Origin: an uncultured archaeon
Lineage (GTDB): Archaea > Asgardarchaeota > Lokiarchaeia > Sigyniarchaeales > SOKP01
Length of the DNA stretch: 19,552 bases
NCBI GenBank assembly: GCA_964525635.1
Contig: CAZGJX010000086.1
Coordinates: 1-19,552 of the forward strand
Direction of reading: 5' to 3'
Part shown: in pieces, positions 16,145 to 19,552 of the stretch
Layout of the letters: the number at the start of each line of letters is the position of its first letter
Position numbering within the stretch: position 1 is the first letter of the stretch
Program-made: the position numbers and the translations under genes
The notes under the pieces: model-generated
Seen by the model: only the letters and a program-made list of their open reading frames with translations
Told to the model about the DNA's origin: nothing
The model's database searches: none

Positions 16145-17449
16145 TTATTTAATCCATGGGGTTGGTAATTTTAATCCATCTAAAGCTTTGTCCTCAAATA
16201 TTTGCTTTGCTACATGCATCAATGTTTTCTCTATACCTGCTATATTATGATTTGTTGCAACAAGAAGATTCATTTTTTTACAAATTCCTTCAGCATCAGA
16301 CCAAATATGATAAAGAAGAAGACCACGAGGAGCTTCTGTTACCCCTATTCCTTCTGCTTCTCTTGGTTCGATATCTAAAGTTTTACAATCTGGATTACAT
16401 ATGTCTGGATCTTCTAAATATGTTTTTATTAGTTCAATAGCTTCTACAGTTTCAATCAAACGTGCCCAATGATATGCAAACGTATGATGTGAAATTTTCC
16501 CTACCTTATCTCTAAATGCCTTTAACGCCTCATCTGCCAAGGGTGTAGCCATTTTATCAGCTGCATTAATCATTGCTAAACAATTAGCTCTATATATACC
16601 TTCAGGGTATCCTGCTGGTTTATAATATATATGAGTAGCATAAGAATGTTTAGGAATATGCTCACCTAAAACATCTAGATATTTATGAACATCATAATCG
16701 ATTTTTTTTCCTTCAGGAGTGACAATACGTATATCTCCTTCATAAATATCATGTACCCCATTTTTTGCTAATCCAACATAATAAGTTGGAACTATTCCTA
16801 CATTAGCTACAACATCCCAATAATCTTCTATAATTTTTAATCCAATATCTACAGTTTTTTTAGTGAATTCAATTTGTTCATCTATTTCTTTTAAGAATTT
16901 ATCTCGAATATCTTCATCTAAAGGTTTTTTCATACCTCCTACAATTGCTGAGATTGGATGAACAGATTTACCACCGATAGCAGCACATAGTTTCTGTCCA
17001 AAATCCATCATTTTTAATGCCATGGCTCCTACTTCAGGCATTTTATTTATAACATGAACAACATTCCTCAATGCTGGATCAGCCATAGGCCCTAATAAGA
17101 AATCTGGCGCAGCTAATGCATAAAAGTGCAAAAGATGAGAACTATATTGTTTTGCATTTATCAATAATTTTCTCAATTTTAATGCTGGTGTTGGAATTTC
17201 AACCCCCCAAGCATTTTCAACTGCTTTTGTTGGAGTTAGATGATGTGGAATTGGACAAATACCACATATTCTTGGTGTTATCCTAGGTATATGTTCACAA
17301 TAACGACCTTCACAAAATTTTTCAAAAAACCTTGTTGATGTTATATTAAATTGAACATCTTGTACTTTTCCATCATCTCCTAATACTAACCTTAATCCAC
17401 CATGACCTTCTAATCTTGTTATAGGTTCTACTTCTATTTCTTTTACCAT
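16145..17449 (-). CDS. vhuA: Group 3c (Mvh/Vhu-type) hydrogenase large subunit, split form lacking the C-terminal L2 motif
   Basis: EPITRLEGHG, RFFEKF, L1 motif RICGICPIPH, GGKSVHP, HWARLIE, EAPRGLLLYH, LVATNHN. It ends at LPTPWIK with no DPCxxC. Confidence 0.92.
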   Translation of the reverse strand: MVKEIEVEPITRLEGHGGLRLVLGDDGKVQDVQFNITSTRFFEKFCEGRYCEHIPRITPRICGICPIPHHLTPTKAVENAWGVEIPTPALKLRKLLINAKQYSSHLLHFYALAAPDFLLGPMADPALRNVVHVINKMPEVGAMALKMMDFGQKLCAAIGGKSVHPISAIVGGMKKPLDEDIRDKFLKEIDEQIEFTKKTVDIGLKIIEDYWDVVANVGIVPTYYVGLAKNGVHDIYEGDIRIVTPEGKKIDYDVHKYLDVLGEHIPKHSYATHIYYKPAGYPEGIYRANCLAMINAADKMATPLADEALKAFRDKVGKISHHTFAYHWARLIETVEAIELIKTYLEDPDICNPDCKTLDIEPREAEGIGVTEAPRGLLLYHIWSDAEGICKKMNLLVATNHNIAGIEKTLMHVAKQIFEDKALDGLKLPTPWIK

Positions 17450-17451
17450 TT

Positions 17452-18777
17452 TTATTTGCCTCCTTTAAATTCTCTATTTGATGCTAATGTAAATTTTTCA
17501 AAGGTTCCAATATGATCTTTCACTTGTGATAATAAATCCTCTTTTGAAATAGTTACATTAAAGTTTTTTAGAATGGTATCTGTAAATCTTTCAGCTTGAT
17601 TAACGCCCCATTTAGTTTGTCCATAACATCCAGTACATGGAGCATTAACATTGATACATAATGCACCACAGCCTGCCTTTGTGACAGGCCCCATACAAAT
17701 ATATCCTTGTTCAATTAGACAATCTTCCATATTAGGAAGCCCTTCATAATCTCTCTTAACTCTTATCATTGATGATTTACTACCTATTATTCTAGAACAT
17801 GTATCACAGACATTAGAAATTTCATGGAAGTTTCTATTATCTCTTAAATAATTCAACAACTTAGTCACAATTTCCTCAATTGATGGTGGAAGATTTGCTA
17901 AAGGGGTTTCGATATTTCCCTTATTATTTATTTGTTTTAAAATATCACCTTTTAGATCAAATCCTGACATTAATGGGACATTTAAGAATAAAGTTAAGAA
18001 TTCAAAGAGATTTTTTTTATCACCAGAACTAATTGAACTTAGATCTCTTGCAATGTTATTTAATTTATCGATTTTAGAGGAAACAGTCTTCGAAGGACCC
18101 ATACAACCGACACATACTCCTCCATTGTTAGTACATTTAAGTGTACATCCTATGCTAGTGATTGGCCCGAAACATATTTTCCCTGCATCTAATATACATC
18201 CTTCTTGATTTAGCGAACATTCATTACAAAATGCTAATTCATTCATAGGAAAAGGTTTTTGTCCCAATAAGAATAGTATAGAACCAACAATTTGTTCAGG
18301 TTTAGGTGGACATCCTGATAAATATGCATCAACTTTAACAATATCATCAATAGGAACAATTTTCTCGATAAAACCTGGAACATGTTCAAAAGGTTCTCCT
18401 TGACTATCATCTGCTATACTTTCAACTTCTGTAAATTTCCTTTTTACGAGGTTATCTTTATTCCATTGATTAGCTAATCCATGTACATTACCATAACATG
18501 AACAACTACCAAAAGAAATGATAATTTGGCATTTTTGTCTCATTAATTTTGTAGCTTCTATATCTTCATTGGTTCTTAGACTTCCTTCTATAAAACCTAC
18601 AAGTATTTCTCCGTCTTCCCGGTTTTTTAAAGAATCATACTTGAAATCAACAACAGCTGGCCAATAGACAATTTCTAATGCTGGGAGAACATCCAGCAAA
18701 CCTAAATGTACATTTAAAAGGCTCTGATGACACCCCCAACAATCAGAGTTTTGCCAAAACGCAACTTTCACTGCCAT
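17452..18777 (-). CDS. vhuG: Group 3c hydrogenase small subunit (MvhG/VhuG) with a duplicated C-terminal Fe-S domain
   Basis: Proximal-cluster motifs DCWGC, FIEGS, FGSCSCYG and SGCPP, followed by two 8-Cys modules (C184-C225 and C324-C384). Confidence 0.9.
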   Translation of the reverse strand: MAVKVAFWQNSDCWGCHQSLLNVHLGLLDVLPALEIVYWPAVVDFKYDSLKNREDGEILVGFIEGSLRTNEDIEATKLMRQKCQIIISFGSCSCYGNVHGLANQWNKDNLVKRKFTEVESIADDSQGEPFEHVPGFIEKIVPIDDIVKVDAYLSGCPPKPEQIVGSILFLLGQKPFPMNELAFCNECSLNQEGCILDAGKICFGPITSIGCTLKCTNNGGVCVGCMGPSKTVSSKIDKLNNIARDLSSISSGDKKNLFEFLTLFLNVPLMSGFDLKGDILKQINNKGNIETPLANLPPSIEEIVTKLLNYLRDNRNFHEISNVCDTCSRIIGSKSSMIRVKRDYEGLPNMEDCLIEQGYICMGPVTKAGCGALCINVNAPCTGCYGQTKWGVNQAERFTDTILKNFNVTISKEDLLSQVKDHIGTFEKFTLASNREFKGGK

Positions 18778-18991
18778 TTTTTATTTATCACTTTTTTTAT
18801 AATAAATATGTATTTATTTTGAAAAAGTAAGTTGTATAGAAGTATTTTTCAGATTTTATAAAAATTACTGGTATAAAAATAAGGTTTAGTAATGTATTAA
18901 TGAGTCTATCGAAATATTGAATAAGTAAAATAAAAAAATCAATAAATAATATTATTGCAGAGTTAAAATCATCATTTAATAATTAGGAATA

Positions 18992-19402
18992 TTATATTTT
19001 GCTAATTATTTTATCAATAATAGATTGAAAATCGGTAAAAAGGGAGACTTCTGAATAATCCTTACAATCATATTTTAAAAAAAAATTATCTATGATATTT
19101 TTAAGGATTATCATAATTTTATCTTTCCACTTTTTTTCAAAATTTTTCATTTTTTCAATTACGATATAACCAAAATAATCTAATTCTGAATCCTCAGATT
19201 TAATTTTATCTTTTTTAAATACAATATTGAATTTAGCACTTTCAAAATATTCAATTGGAGACATAAGATTCTCTGCAAAATCTAAAAAACTTGAAATTAA
19301 TGCACTTTTACAAGTGACATCTACAGAATTGTTCTTACTGATATAATTTCTACTAATAACAGGAATGCTTTCAATTAATATACCGACTTCATAAATTTGC
19401 AT
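18992..19402 (-). CDS. Standalone longin-fold protein (putative eukaryotic signature protein)
   Basis: 136 aa with a beta-beta-alpha-beta-beta-beta-alpha-alpha pattern: IYEVGILI / IPVISRNY / SALISSFLDFAENL / IEYFES / FNIVF / YFGYIV / IILKNIIDNFFLKY / LFTDFQSIIDKII. The fold is inferred by eye. Confidence 0.65.
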   Translation of the reverse strand: MQIYEVGILIESIPVISRNYISKNNSVDVTCKSALISSFLDFAENLMSPIEYFESAKFNIVFKKDKIKSEDSELDYFGYIVIEKMKNFEKKWKDKIMIILKNIIDNFFLKYDCKDYSEVSLFTDFQSIIDKIISKI

Positions 19403-19552
19403 ATAAATATAATTCTCTTTATAAGTTTTATAAAAAATTCATATATTGAAATCATAATCTCGAAAAACGATCTTTATCTTATCTTCATTTATATTAGTAA
19501 CTTAAGTTATGTAAATTTTAAAAATCACTTTTTTAAATAGTTTCTTATTTTA

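Noticed and set aside
16156-16440. 94-aa + strand ORF
   Set aside because: Antisense shadow within vhuA.
16145-17449. vhuA as a truncated pseudogene
   Set aside because: The missing L2 motif is supplied by vhuU, a known split architecture.
1-19552. CRISPR array, tRNA (including tRNA-Sec) or rRNA
   Set aside because: I saw no regularly spaced direct repeats or GC-rich cloverleaf-like segments; the intergenic regions are extremely AT-rich.

Overview
Very AT-rich archaeal chromosomal segment, most consistent with an Asgard archaeon (Lokiarchaeia-like). This is inferred from a Sec-containing VhuU with a eukaryote-like SECIS candidate, a standalone longin-fold gene and a GOLPH3/GPP34 homologue; no marker gene is present. 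From left to right it holds: a 302-bp palindromic MITE-like element at the window edge; a DPM1-like GT2 glycosyltransferase; two divergent ~4-TM membrane proteins; mobA (true ORF longer than called, with no canonical start codon); purF; hisH plus two tandem hisF paralogues; hypF; a membrane-anchored GPP34/GOLPH3 gene with a decayed tandem copy; hypE-hypD; a minus-strand cluster vhuG-vhuA-vhuU-hdrC-hdrB; and a longin-like gene. The main result is an uncalled 49-codon selenoprotein gene (vhuU, 15942-16091, in-frame UGA in RCFDC-U-LSCAAH). It supplies the Ni ligands missing from the truncated large subunit and is followed by a kink-turn/SECIS-like hairpin that overlaps its own UGA stop. The small subunit carries a duplicated 8-Cys Fe-S domain and the cluster lacks hdrA/mvhD, suggesting an unusual [NiFeSe]-hydrogenase-HdrBC wiring.
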